In this document: positions 38,470 through 51,130 of the stretch, piece by piece
Position numbering within the stretch: position 1 is the first letter of the stretch
How the letters are laid out: every line of letters starts with the position of its first letter
Assembly (NCBI RefSeq): GCF_004010195.1
Contig: NC_057749.1
Coordinates: 6,841,416-6,905,415, forward strand
Origin: Chiloscyllium plagiosum
Lineage: Eukaryota
DNA: 64,000 nucleotides
Direction of reading: 5' to 3'
The notes under the pieces: model-generated
What the model saw: only the letters and a program-made list of their open reading frames with translations
Told to the model about the DNA's origin: nothing
Databases searched by the model: none
Translations under genes and position numbers: made by a program

Positions 38470-38960
38470 CATACAGCCATAAAGCACCATTTGGAAACAG
38501 ATCTTTGGTCCAACCAGTCCATAATCCCAAACTAAACTAGTTCCACCTGCCTGCGCTTGGCCAATTTTCCTCCAAACATTTCTTATTCATGGACTTATCT
38601 TTTAAAAGTTGTAACTGTACCTATATCCACCACTTCCCTCTGGAAGTTCATTCCTCACATGAACCACTTTCTCTGGAAAAAAAATTGTCCCTCATGTCCT
38701 TCTTAAATCTTTCTCCTCTCACCTTAAAAATATGCCTCCTTGTCTTGAAAGCCCCCACTTTAGGGAAAAGACACCTGCCATTCACCTTATCTATCCCCCT
38801 CATGATTTTCTAAACCTCTACAAGGTCACCCCTCAACCTTCTACGCTCCAGTAACAAAAATCCCAGATTATCCAGCCGCTCCTTATAACTCAAACTCTCT
38901 AGTCCCTGTAACATCTTGGTAAATCTCTTCTGAATTCTCTCCAGCTTAATAATATCCTTT
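38470..38960 (-). mobile_element. CR1/HER1 LINE 3' fragment
   Basis: Reverse complement of the 33735-34195 type. Confidence 0.85.
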
Positions 38961-38994
38961 GCAAATGGTATAAGAACACTCTGGATATTTAAAA

Positions 38995-39268
38995 AAATGA
39001 GGTCTTATCCACCAACTGGAATATGGGGGAGAGGTCTGTGGAGGGGTAGGTGAGAATGCAGTGGGCTGGTCGACTGTTTTATTTTAATGGCCCCCCCCCA
39101 TCACCTCAGTACCTTTCAAAATGGAGGGCTGAAATGAGGTCTTATCCACCAACTGGAATATGGGGGAGAGGTCTATGAAGGGGTAGGTGAGAATGCAGTG
39201 GGCTGGTCGACTGTTTTATTTTAATGGCCCCCCCCCATCACCTCAGTACCTTTCAAAATGGAGGGCTG
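38995..39268. repeat. 137-bp tandem duplication
   Basis: 38995-39131 and 39132-39268, two substitutions seen. Confidence 0.95.
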
Positions 39269-40239
39269 TAAACTGCCCCCCCGTAACACTGGAGAGCTAT
39301 GCTGTTCTGAGTCGTAATGCTGTCCATTTATAATGAATTGTGCTCTTTTAAATTTTGTGCTTTTGCAGTTCTCCTGATAGAGAAGGACTTTAACTTGCTT
39401 AATTTAGAGAAAAACTTTGGCTTCCTGCATTTACATTGTAAAATTGACCACAGTATGGAATCATATCACTGCAAAGGGAGGAGTCCATAAATCTGCTGGC
39501 AGGATGAACAAGACAATGTTTAGTGATATGAGCCTCATGAGATGAGACAAATTCACCTTTTGATAACCAAAACTGCAGAAGCAACTAAGATATGAGCATA
39601 GAACTTAATTCCCTTTTTCACAGGAATGTGAACCTGCTTTAATTTCGAATAACAGTAGGAAGAAAGTTATACGAGGAGGAGGAACAGCACGTTTCTGCTT
39701 CTGTTTTTATGACTATATCTGAACTACAGGAATAAGCACAGCTACATACAACTTACTAGAGCTTAAATAAGCCATTAACAAAGTAAATAAACTGATTGTC
39801 AATCTATGGTTGAAATTATGTACCTATTAGTAAACTTTATCCTGCATCTTTTGATCATCACTAGAAAGAGAGAGATGTTGCTGAAGTTTAAATCTTGTCA
39901 TCAGGCCAAATTGCAAGAAAGCCAAATTTCAAACAACCACAACAACTTACACTGCTACTGATTGGTTGGCAAGCTGACTCTGATTGGATGAGACGGTGCC
40001 ATGGACAAAGCAACAGAGACCTATAGGCTTCTTAAGCTCCCTGATAATTCAAAAGTAGGCTCAAGACTTGATGGCATTCCTTTCTTTATCCAGTGAACAG
40101 GTCAATGTGAATAAATGAAGATGGTTCCAAGGGAGCTGCTTAGAATGTACCACATTTCATGCTTGACTCATTCTTTGAAATTAAATGGAAATATAGCTAT
40201 TTGCATGCTCAGAATTGTTCGGCAAGTGTTTCCCACTTA

Positions 40240-40703
40240 CAGAATTACAAAGAACAAAGCAAACTTACAGCTCAGGAACAGCCCATCGGCCCTCCAAGCC
40301 TGAGCTGATCCAAATCTACTGTCTAAACCTGTCGCCCAATTCCTAAGCATCTGTATCCCTCTGCTCCCCACCTACTCATGCATCTGTCCAGACGCATCTT
40401 AAATGAATCTACCATGCCTGCCTCTACCATTTCTGCTGGCAGCGCATTCCAGACACCCACCACTCTCTGTGTGGAGTACTTGCCCCGTGTATCCCCCTTA
40501 AACTTTCCACCTCTCACCTTGAAAGCATGACCTCTGGTTATTGAATCCTTCACCCTGGGAAAAAGCTTGTCTCTATCCACCCTGTCTATACCCTTCACGA
40601 TTTTGTAAACCTCAATCAGGTCCCCCCCCTCAATGTCTTGTTTTCTAATGAAAACAAACCTAACCTACTCAACCTCTCTTCATAGCTAGCAGCTTCCATA
40701 CCA
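40240..40703 (-). mobile_element. CR1 LINE 3' fragment
   Basis: KGIDRVDRDKLFP...TRGHAFKVRGGKF...TQRVVGVWNALP. Confidence 0.9.
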
Positions 40704-40934
40704 TAGCACCTTACATTTGACAGTGAGTGATTTTTAGTCAGGGTTTTTCAAGTGTGGGCCAATTGAGTGCCTTCAACGAATAAAATCTGGCGTTTTTGCA
40801 GTTGCTCTGATGAGTGCAAGGTGGAAAACATTGGCAACACATTTCTCTCTTCACAATTCATAATTCAAAACCTCTTGATGCCCAAGAGTTTCTCTCCAGA
40901 TTTTTTATTTTCTTAAATAAAAAAATTGGCAAAC

Positions 40935-41150
40935 TTCTTGCTGGTGTCCTGGCTGATATTTAATCCCCACCCCTATCAATAATGCAGATTATTATCTGGC
41001 CATTCTCACATTGGTGTTTGTGGGAGCTTGCTGCGTACAAATTGTCTGCTGCCTTTCCTACATTCTAACCACCAAGTTACTACACCTTGGTTGCAAAACA
41101 CCATGCGACATCCTGAAGTTGTGACAGGGGCTTTATAAAGGTCTGTCCTT
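40935..41150 (+). mobile_element. Deu-domain SINE (SacSINE1-like) 3' portion
   Basis: GGTGTCCTGGC...TTATCTGGCCATTCTCACATTGGTGTTTGTGGGAGCTTGCTG; related pieces at about 17190-17420, 25430-25900, 42570-42830 and 43390-43500. Confidence 0.6.
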
Positions 41151-43056
41151 CCTCACTTTAGTTTTGCAGCTGGGGACATAGGATTGAAATACTAGCAGGA
41201 CATATCCCTGTATAATGTGTGGGTTCATTCCTTTTTGTCAAAGCAGTTTTGACTGATGGAGAAGAGACAACAAATTGAAGCCCCATATTCCATTGTTAGG
41301 TCAGCATTTAAATAAGAATATTGAAACATCAGTTTGGGATTTTATTGGGAAATCCTGCACAGTTGATTAAATCTAGTTTGAATCACACCCCTGTAATTAC
41401 TAAATGCAATGTCTTTATAGGCTGACTATAAATCAACTTGAGCACTATCCTTAAATGTCTGTCTTGTATTCAGCAACAATATGACTGCCTAATGATAACA
41501 TTATTCAGAGCCTTGTAGAGAGGAATACATATAGATTTCAACACAATTTTCAGCACTGAGTTAGCTCCTGCCAGAGGCAGCACTGGGGAAACGGGAAGGC
41601 ACAAGAATTGGCAATGGGGAGGGATTGGCTGCATGTTCCGATATGTTTCCACCCCAGGGGTAATTCTGTTTTAGAAGGTGCAGGGGATGCAGGGGTGGGA
41701 CTGAGGGTATAGGAACAAGGGGTACTGGATGGAGGTGCAGGGAGGTAGCAGTGCAGGGGTATGGATGTGGGGATTGCAGGAATGTAAAGGTGCAGCCCTG
41801 GGCGTACGGGGGTTGTGTGGCAGTGCAGGGGTGGGTGGGTGCTTCGTGGGGGGAGTGTGGGGGTGGTGAGGAGTTGCAGGGTGGAGGGCGGAATGGGGGG
41901 CAGTGGGGAAAGAAAAGGCAGAGACACAATTACCTGCCTGGAAGGGGGGGAAGCTGCCTACAAGGCTAGTGGAATGACCAGCTAAGGCCTTTAAGCAGGA
42001 CCAAGGTTTGTGGGCCTCCCCGTGCAGGTCTGAGACACGCCAAGGTGAAGAGGTGTCGTCACAATGGGTTGGGGTTGGGGGACGAGGTGTGGGGAGGGGT
42101 GGATGGTGTGCCAGGCACTCACCCACACCCCCAGAGCTGCCAAAACTGACTACCATAACCCTCTTGATGGTAGGCTGGCAGTGAAGATATTTTAGGTTTC
42201 TTCAGAAAATGCTACCATTGTAATGTTTTCTCTCCCTTACCTACAGCAGCGGCTTCCAACTCCAACGATCCAAGCTGCCAGTGTGTCATCGCTGGCATTC
42301 CAGCGTCAGCAACCTTCCCATAATTCACCAGTAAATGGCAAATGTCCTACCTGGCCACTGATTGCCCATTTCATTGTGGGCATCTGATACCAAGGCAAGA
42401 TGGAAGGGGTCTCAGAAATTTGTCTGATGTCGGCAGCATGGCAGTGAGTGTACATTGGTTTCATATTCATGTTTATTGTGTTGTATTCTTCATGGTATGG
42501 TAAGCTGTGATATTGAGGCTGTTTTCATCCAGCCCAGGCCAATCGCTGGGCACAGGTGATATCTGAGGCTCTGTGAGTGATGTTCTTAACTCTGACTCAC
42601 ATCACGGTGGTCTCTAGCCCAACCCCAGTGACCTGAGGACAGGTTGTGGGCTGTCACTCCCGGAGCAGCACTAAGGGAGTGCCGCACTGTCGAATGTGCC
42701 TTTCAACCAATGCCTAACTTGCCCTTGCCAGTAGTTTCGGGGGGAGGGGGCGGGGGTGGTGCTGAGGGGCGGGCGGGGGTGACTAGACCAAGGGGACTGC
42801 TCTTACGGTAGGTCAAAGGCCATTTTGGACGGGGATGAGGAGGAACTCCTTCATTCAGAGAATGGTCAGTTTTTGAAATTCTGTACATCAGTTGGCTGTG
42901 GATGCTCAGCAACGGTGTACAATCAAGGCAGACGTGGACAGATTTCTTGACTTCAAATGAACAAAAATGGTGTGGAGTTCAAAGAACAAATTCATCTTAT
43001 TGAATGATGGAGCAGGCTCAAAATGCCAAATGGCCTAATCTTGCTCCCATTTCTTT

Positions 43057-43374
43057 TTAGATTAGATTCCCTACAGAATGGAAACAGGCCCTTCAACCCA
43101 ACAAGTCTACACTGACCCTCCGAAGAGTAACCCATTCCCCTACCCTACCCTATATTTAACCCCTGACTAATGTACCTGGGCAATTTAGCATGGCCAACAC
43201 ACCTGGCCTGCACATCTTTGGATTGTGGGGGGAAACCAGAGCACCCAGAGGAAACCCACACAGACACGGGGAGAATGTGCAAACTCCACACAGACAGTCG
43301 CCCAAGGCAGGGATCGAACCTGGGTCCCTGGTTTTGTAAGGCAGCAGTGCTAACCACTGAGCCACCATGCCACC
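43057..43374 (-). mobile_element. HE1-like V-SINE
   Basis: Head, core and tail. Confidence 0.92.
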
Positions 43375-44739
43375 CTTACAGTCATAAAGCGGATCATCTG
43401 ATCATTGTCAGATTGCTGTTTGGATGATTGGGTTGTCTACAAATTGGCTTCCCTATTCTTTTAAATAATAGCTACACTTCATTGGCTGCACAATTGCCTG
43501 CAAAGTTTTTTTTTATTTTCCACACATTTGTCTGTTACAACAATAAGAATTCTTTTACTCTGTCAATGATAATTTGTATGGTACTTGTCAATATGTAACT
43601 CTGTTACCAGACAGCTACAAACCAGAAAAACTGACTGTTATTTCATGTTTTATATGCCCACCCAATCTTTATCCCTCAGCTCATGAACCACGAGTTAGCT
43701 CAGAGCCAGTCTCCTCGATAATTGATTACTCAGGGATGACTACTATTCAACTCTCAGCTTAAGTTATGGCAAGACTGCATCCTACTGAACCTTCAGTGCC
43801 TCTGTGTGTCAGGAGCCTGCATTAAGGGCTGTTTATTTGGTTGTCAGCTTTTCACCAGCTTTTTTGAAGTTATTGATTAGCTCTGGATGGTTTTTCTGGT
43901 CAGCGTCTGTAATTCAGACTCACAAACAGTCCATGTCAAAAGGCCTTTAGTTATGGGAACACGTCATGCACAAGACATTGCAGACTGGCAAATATAAAGA
44001 TCATCCGGAGAACCTGCTGGTTGCTCTACACTGTTAAATTCCAACTTTTCATTTCAAAGTACTCTTTGGCCTCGCTCCTGACAACCACGATAACCTCCTC
44101 CAACTCCACATTCCTCAGGGATCTCCATGCTCCTCCAACTCATACTTCCTGTAATTCACCAGTTTTTAACATGTGAGCATGCATTCTTGACTGGAACACC
44201 AGGCATCCATGAGAGTGTCAAATCAGCCATTCCCTTTGGAAAAAGAATGCTTGCTTGACTCTCTGGATTGGAAAAGTGTTTCCATTTTGGAAAGGTTTTC
44301 ACTCCAGGGGAGATCAGTCACTGGATGAGTTCAAGGTATTTAAATAATGTCATACGCCAAAATTCTCAGGATCTTGTCTTCCCTTCAAACACTTCTATGA
44401 TTTCTCGAAAGATTCCTAACTCCTTCACTCTGTGATAAAGCCTATGCTCCAGCAAAAAATGGCGTAGAGGTCCATAGTACAGAAATAGTCTCTTCAGTCC
44501 ATTGAGCCTGTACCAGTCAAAAACAGCCACTGAACCATTGTAGCCACATTTTCCGGCTCAGAGTATTGAATGATTTGGCACTGCAAACGTGCATCTAAAT
44601 ACTTCTTCAATATATGATCTGATTGAAGTTGAAACTTTATTGCTGGAACAGCACAGCAGATCAGGCAGCATCCAGGGAACAGGAGATTCGACGTTTCGGG
44701 CACAGGCCCTTCTGATTGAACACAATGATCCTTTTAACT

Positions 44740-45004
44740 TTAGATTAGAGTACTTACAGTGTGGAAACAGGCCCTTCGGCCCAACAAGTCCACACCAACC
44801 CGCTGAAGTGCACCCACCCCGACCCATTCCCCTACATCTACCCCTGCACCTAACACTACAGGCAATTTAGCGTGGCCAATTCACCTAACCTGCACATTTT
44901 TGGACTGTGGGAGCAAACTCCACACAGTCGCCTGAGACGGGAACTGAACCCGGGTCTCTGGCGCTGTGAGGCAGCAGTGCTAACCACTGTGCCACCGTGC
45001 CGCC
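44740..45004 (-). mobile_element. HE1-like V-SINE with an internal deletion
   Basis: Head and tail near consensus. Confidence 0.9.
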
Positions 45005-45084
45005 CACAATCCTCCTGGGTTCCAAATTATTCTATGGTTGTCCCATGCCATTCTATCCCATCTCCTGCCGAAAACTGGACGTGT

Positions 45085-45392
45085 CATAGAATTCCTACAG
45101 TAAGGAAGCAGAACCAATTGTGCAGAACCGAGTCCACACAGAAGACATCCCACCCAGATCCACTGCCTTATCCCTGTAACCCTGCATTTCCCATGGCTCA
45201 CCCAGCTAGCTTATGCAACCCTGGACACAATGAGCATGGCCAATCCACCCACACCTTTGGACTGTGGGAGGAAACCGGAGCACCCAGAGGAAACTCACAC
45301 GGACATGGGGAGAAAGCGCAAACAAAAGTGGAATTGAACTCAGGTCCCTATTGCTGTGGGACAGCTGTGCTAACTGCTGAGCCACTGTGCCA
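45085..45392 (-). mobile_element. Older V-SINE
   Basis: Degenerate head, core and tail. Confidence 0.8.
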
Positions 45393-45828
45393 CCTCAGAA
45401 ATGATAGACTTTCAGGTCTAGTTCTCGACTACTATTTTTGATGGCTTCTGCAACGCCATGAAAATTCAGGCCTCTTACTCTCTTTCCACAGATGCTGAAA
45501 ACGTCCAGCATTTCTTTATTCTCGTTGTTTCAATTTCAGACTTCCAACATCCACAGTGCTCTGCTTCAATCTGAAACCCTCTCAGGATCAAAACCACCCT
45601 AGGGATATCTGACAGACCGCGATTTAGCTGTAAAACCACTAAATGTCAAAACCGTGTTATCTCTGCCTCATTCTGTGCCACATCATTTGCATCATTACGA
45701 ACGCAAAATTCATCACAAATGTTGCAATCAGAAAAAAAGTGTGACTAAAGAAGCGAGTTTTTAAAGCAGTTTTGGCTTTCAAAGGTACTTTCAAGAACTG
45801 TCCAGAGTCAGTTCCGAGGATGGGTCAG

Positions 45829-46105
45829 GCAAAGTGAGGACTGCAGATGCTGGAGATCAGAGTAAAGAGTGGTGCTGGAAAAGCACAGCAAGTCAGGCGG
45901 CATCCGAGGAGCAGGAAAAATCGACCTTTCGGGCAGGAGCCCTTCAATGAAATATCGATTTTCCTGCTCCTCGGATGCTGTCTGACCCGCTGTGCTTTTC
46001 CAGCACCACTCCAATCTTGACTCTGAGGAAGGGTCACTCGATCTGATTTGTCTCCACAGATGCTGCCAGACTTGCTGAGCTTTTCCGGCAATTTCTGTTT
46101 TGTCA
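45829..46105. mobile_element. PLE family A hairpin (45829-46024) abutting a family B remnant (46022-46105)
   Basis: Termini of both families. Confidence 0.75.
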
Positions 46106-46890
46106 AGAGTAAGTTTTTGTTTTGTAATCCTACATGAGAAGGCCTTTGTTTTTCAGTGATAACTGTTGATTAACTATCATTCGGAGATGGGTTTGTTGCA
46201 CTAAAGACTACTTTAGTGATCAGGAGTACACTGTCTTCTGCAAAAAAATACTGCTCTCTTCTAAGTGCTTTCTCATATACACATCTAATGCTGTTTATGA
46301 AGATAATATGGATTTTTAATGTTTTATTTAAATATTTGATGCTTTCCTGAATTTGGTTTGGATAAACACAGTCAATCAATCCATTTAACTGTATCACATT
46401 CATTGACTATCTTGCATCTTTCCAGCGAGGCTAATTTTGTTTCAAGATTAGTTCAAAGGCAATGTTCCAACTAACATCTGAGGCATGAAAAGTTACAAAC
46501 TTAAAATGATATCTTGATAACTCTCTATCATTGTATCAACTGTAATATTTGTGTAGAGAGGAATAATATGTGTTTACTCACTTCCAACTAGTCTCATTGC
46601 CTGCGTGTGCCTTCATGATTGGAAATTAGGCTGGTGTTGGTGTTTCTGTCAGGACAGCATACTCATGTAGGTGCTGGAGATATTGTGGTAATAATTCACT
46701 GAAGCAAGAAAGAATCTGAATTAATGTAGCACCTCAGGACATCCCAACCATTTTCTAACCCCCTATTTGTGCAGCGTAATCACTATTGGAAAACAAGAAA
46801 TTCAGCAGCCAATGTAGACTGCTGGTAAAATCCCCATAGTCTTGACCAACCATAGGATTGCTCTTTCATGAGGTTTAACCAGAGGGTCAC

Positions 46891-47120
46891 CGAAATAACT
46901 CCACACAGGCCAGTATCCTGTCACTAAGTCACCCTTTATTTCCACGTGCATTGTACCCAACACTGGTCCAGCTTCCTGACAGCCAGCTCTCAGAGTGAGC
47001 AGAACCTCTGACACTCCTCTTTATATCTGCCAGCTACAGGGCTCCCTGGTTGGACCAACCCCAATCAGGGAACTCATATTCTCTGAGGTCCAACTGGAAG
47101 ACCTGGTTCCAATCACTACA
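46891..47120 (-). mobile_element. Solo LTR of the 4683-5876 family
   Basis: Homologous to those LTRs; 5-bp TSD GTCAC at 46886-46890 and 47121-47125. Confidence 0.88.
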
Positions 47121-47414
47121 GTCACCATACAGGGAGAGGTTGAGAAGGAGTTTTCACAGTAACTTCAGCCAGTGTGGGAAATGAACCTGTGCTGTTGGTG
47201 TTTCTTGCATTGCAAACAAGCTGTCCAACCAACTAAGCTAACCGATTCCTGGGGCGGCCGTGATTGGAATATTCAACACCGTGGATAGTGATTCAATTAT
47301 GACTTAAGTGCCAACTAGTTTTACCCTTACTTGAGAAACACTAAGCCTCTCAAAGGATATATAACATTCCAAATCCAAACCCTCATTCCACTGTCCTGCT
47401 CTTAGTCTCATTTA

Positions 47415-47575
47415 GAGACAAGAACGCTAAAGATGCTGGAATGCAAAATAGACAGGCATGAGGCTAGAAGAATACAACAAGCCAGGCAGCATCAGGAGGT
47501 GGAGAAATGTCGACTTTTGCACCTCCTGATGTTGCCTGGCTTGTTGAGTTCTTCCAGCCTCCTGCCTGTCCAGTC
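47415..47575. mobile_element. PLE family D hairpin
   Basis: Inverted arms homologous to 55415-55630. Confidence 0.7.
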
Positions 47576-49671
47576 TGATTTAACCCATTCCCAGGATGAC
47601 TTCAATGTGTTACTTGTGGGTGCGGTTAGATTCCTCAGCTTGGCTCTATTGGCCGAAAGTGAATCCAGCAGCAGCGCAATGCCACTGCATGATCATTCAG
47701 CAAGCAGTAGATACTCACAGAATGACCAAACACAGTGCAAACCTCTTGTCAGTGAGAGCTGGCACAATGAATGATGGTTAATAGACCTCCCAGGATATTT
47801 TGCCAACCGTGGTACCATCTATTCATGGTCAAAAATGGTACATCCAGACGATGCACTGATGACATGACAGTTCCACCATCTCAGTATTGATTTTTGTGCT
47901 TTCAGTCCTTTTATTTCTCCTGCCGTCTGCAACAGGCAAATCGGTGAAGATTGCTTTGGGTTTGATAGAAGATGGTAATTTTTATTGGAAGGAATAGGTT
48001 CCTATTCCAGTAGTTGTCAAGCCTGCCAGCTACAACAACTTGAGGCAATGCTTAACGTATACAAATCTACTTCATTTAGCTTGCTGTGGCTTCACAATAG
48101 GGTGCATTTCCCTCTATTTGTCTCTGTAAGATAAAGGAATTATTGCTTGGGATGCATTGCTCCTTAATGGAGATAAATAGCTGCAATATTTATTGCGACA
48201 TAAAGCAGATAAATAGAAGCAATAATTATCAAAACATAAATTATTTACCAATAATGTGAGCATGTTTATGGTCTCTCATTTGCCTGACTGGTATGACCAA
48301 GGGCATCTTTTTTGATTTCTGCACTAAATCAGCCATACATCAATAATCTCTGCATACTCGGGGTTTTCTCTGGAGGTAATGCAAACCACGGTTTCATTTA
48401 AAATGTTGACAATATCCTGATCAGAACAAAATAGGTCATGTTAGGGGGATGCACACAATGAGGAAAGTGACAGTCAGGCAGCCACAATAATACAGCAACA
48501 CAGGGTAACCTTGAGAGCTAATGCCAGCCCTCAACCACACAGCTCAAATGGAGAATAATAGGTGTCTACGAGTAGTTACATGGCAAAAATGTAATCATGG
48601 GGTTGAGATAATACGAACAAGGCCAGTGAAACACAAATGCTTGCAAGCCATCCCATGAGGCCCATTGTGAAAGGAGTACCTTGAAATTCCACCCTTTTAA
48701 TATTTATTAAGAAGGAAAAAGGCACATTCATATGGGAAAATAAAAGCAAAATGCTGTGACGACTGGAAATCTGAAATAAAGAGGAAGCAGCCCTGACGGT
48801 TTCAGTGGAGAATGAAACAGAGGTAATGTCTATTTTGTTGAATATGATTCTTCTTCAGAACCAAGAGAGGTAGAAATGCAGCAACACTCATGATATTTTC
48901 ACCTCTCTTTACTTCCAAAGAACGTAACACATTAATTTTGTTTTTATCTCCATTGATGCCACCAGATTTCAGGATTTTTCCAGGGCTTTCTGCTCTTAGT
49001 TGGTATTCATGGTTTGTTTTGCTGAGTTTGCGTCAGGAGTTTTTGGAGGGTTTGTTGCCACAAGGCTTTGGTGAGCTCTCTCAGCCTATCTTACCCAATC
49101 CCCCCTTCACTATTAGCTCACTATGACCCAAGCCATTTCTCATGTCCAATTTCCAGCCGGTCTTACCCTGTGCCCTTCCCACAACAATACACCACTCAGC
49201 AGACATCCGCCCAGAAGACCAGCAATTTCGAAATGCTCCACACCCAGACCAGCATTGGCAATCTGGTACTGCCCCTTCCTGGCAAAACAGACAAAAAGCC
49301 GTGCATTGCATTGTGCATAACTGACACTCCTTCACCCAACAGACAACCCCATCCTCTCACACAATGTACCTGTCCTCCACTATGTTTGGTCTAAACATCC
49401 TTTAAGTCAATGCTACACTGTCTCTATTGATCACTGTAGGACCACATCCTGTTATTATCCAGTAGGGGAACATCACATACAGGCAAGCAATCAGACAAAT
49501 ACAAACACAAACGTGAGCTTTTATTTACAGAACACAAAAGGAAACAAAACAGATTGCAGCAGAGGCTGAACATTGCTGTTACTATCCTGACCAACAAAAT
49601 TTAACACACACTCACCTGTGTCTGAGTGGAAGTGGGCACCAACGAGGTTATGTCTGCCCTTGTCTGTCTCA

Positions 49672-49780
49672 CTTCCCCTGACAAAGGAGCAGCGCTCCAA
49701 AAGCTTTCGGACTATAACCTGGCGTCGTGTGGACTTCTGATTTTGTCGACCCTAGTCCAACACCAGCTCCTCCACATTGT
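49672..49780 (+). mobile_element. PLE family C monomer
   Basis: CTGACAA-A-GGAGC-AGC-GCTCC-AAAA-GCTT, then GGACTATAACCTGG. Confidence 0.7.
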
Positions 49781-49899
49781 GCTTGTCTCAGAGCACTTAA
49801 AGTAGCAGAACTCTGTCACAGACAACATTCGCTTCCTCCTCCCCAGTATCCTCGTCCTCCTTTTTGGAAAACCGCTCCCATTTTCTCAGTTCATCAACA

Positions 49900-51130
49900 T
49901 TCCAACGGATCACCTCGGTGTCGATCCCAACTGCACAGAGCACAGCACACTACGATGATGGAGGACAACTCTGTCCGGTCCATGTATTGGAAGGCCCCCT
50001 TCAAATTACTCCAAGCATTGGACCGCCATCTTCAGCAGCTCTACTATCTACTTCACCATGGCCCTGGTCGAAGCATGGGCAGCATTGTATCCATGCTCTG
50101 CTTCATTCACAAATGGTGCCACAGTCACAGTGGGCAGCCCCTGCCCTCCACTGACCAGCCTTGTTAGGCCCTTTGGTCCTCAAATACACCGCCCTATATC
50201 AAAGGTGTAGGAGTTGTGGTAGCTTCCAGGGTAGAGGACACACATCTCCAGGACGTGGTTACAGATCACCTGCACATTAATGAAATGGAACCCTTTCCTC
50301 TGCAGTGGATGGGAGCCTTCTCCTGGGGCAGACAAACTTTGTTCCTGAATCCTATTGCCTAGGGCTGCAGCAATGATGCTGTCGAGGGTGACGCTGGTGT
50401 GACCATGGTAACGGGCACTGCCCTAATACATGCATGACCCCACACAGGTCACCCATCAGACCCTGGAACCAGCCCATTGGATGGTAATTCAGTGATGCAC
50501 GTGACATCGCTGCCCCTTTAACAAGGTTATTTTGTCCTTTTTTTGCAAGCGGGATCGTAAAGGCAGAGGTGCTGATATGTCTGGACATGGCTATGTCAAA
50601 CAATGGCAGGGGAGTGGCCAGTTCTCCCAGTTCAGGTTTCGTTTCTAGTTTGGTTTGTTTTGGCAGGTAGTTAGCATCTGTTGGTAGCAGAGAAACCGTT
50701 ACAATGAAAAAAGGTTCCATATTTCAATAGATGTTTCTTGCCTGGCTCATCTCTCTGCAATCTCTGGTACCTGTGAGAATCTGAGTTTGAGTTTACCATT
50801 TGTCAAGGAGTGTGTTTTCTGGGATGTTGCAGGGAATGGAACAACTCCTTCGTTAAGTTGTGATCTTCAGTCAACTGGGTTTCCAAATAGTTAAGTTACT
50901 CTAAACACTGTTTTCTTTTGTTCATGTTTCAGCCACAGTGTGTAAATAGATTCTGTTTTGCTTAAAGGCGAGGAGTTTGAGCAGCTACATCACTCCTAAA
51001 ATATCCACTTTACACCTGCCTTTAAAATAAGAAAAAGTTAGGGGCGAGGCTTACCTTCTTTAAGTGTTTTGAGGGGGTCTGGCCTGGTCCATAACATGCA
51101 CCATCGGCACTGCATCATGTCCATCCCAGG
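49900..51130 (-). pseudogene. Decayed PIF/Harbinger (HARBI1-like) transposase, split by a solo LTR
   Basis: Ordered motifs SLNYHPMGWFQGLMGDLCGV, RKGFHFINVQVICNH, YPGSYHNS, EHGYNAAHASTRAMV, SIIVVCCAL, with stops and frameshifts. Confidence 0.82.
50500..51096 (+). mobile_element. Solo LTR
   Basis: 4-bp TSD TGCA at 50496-50499 and 51097-51100; ends ...GGTCCATAACA; homologous to 20500-22307. Confidence 0.82.
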
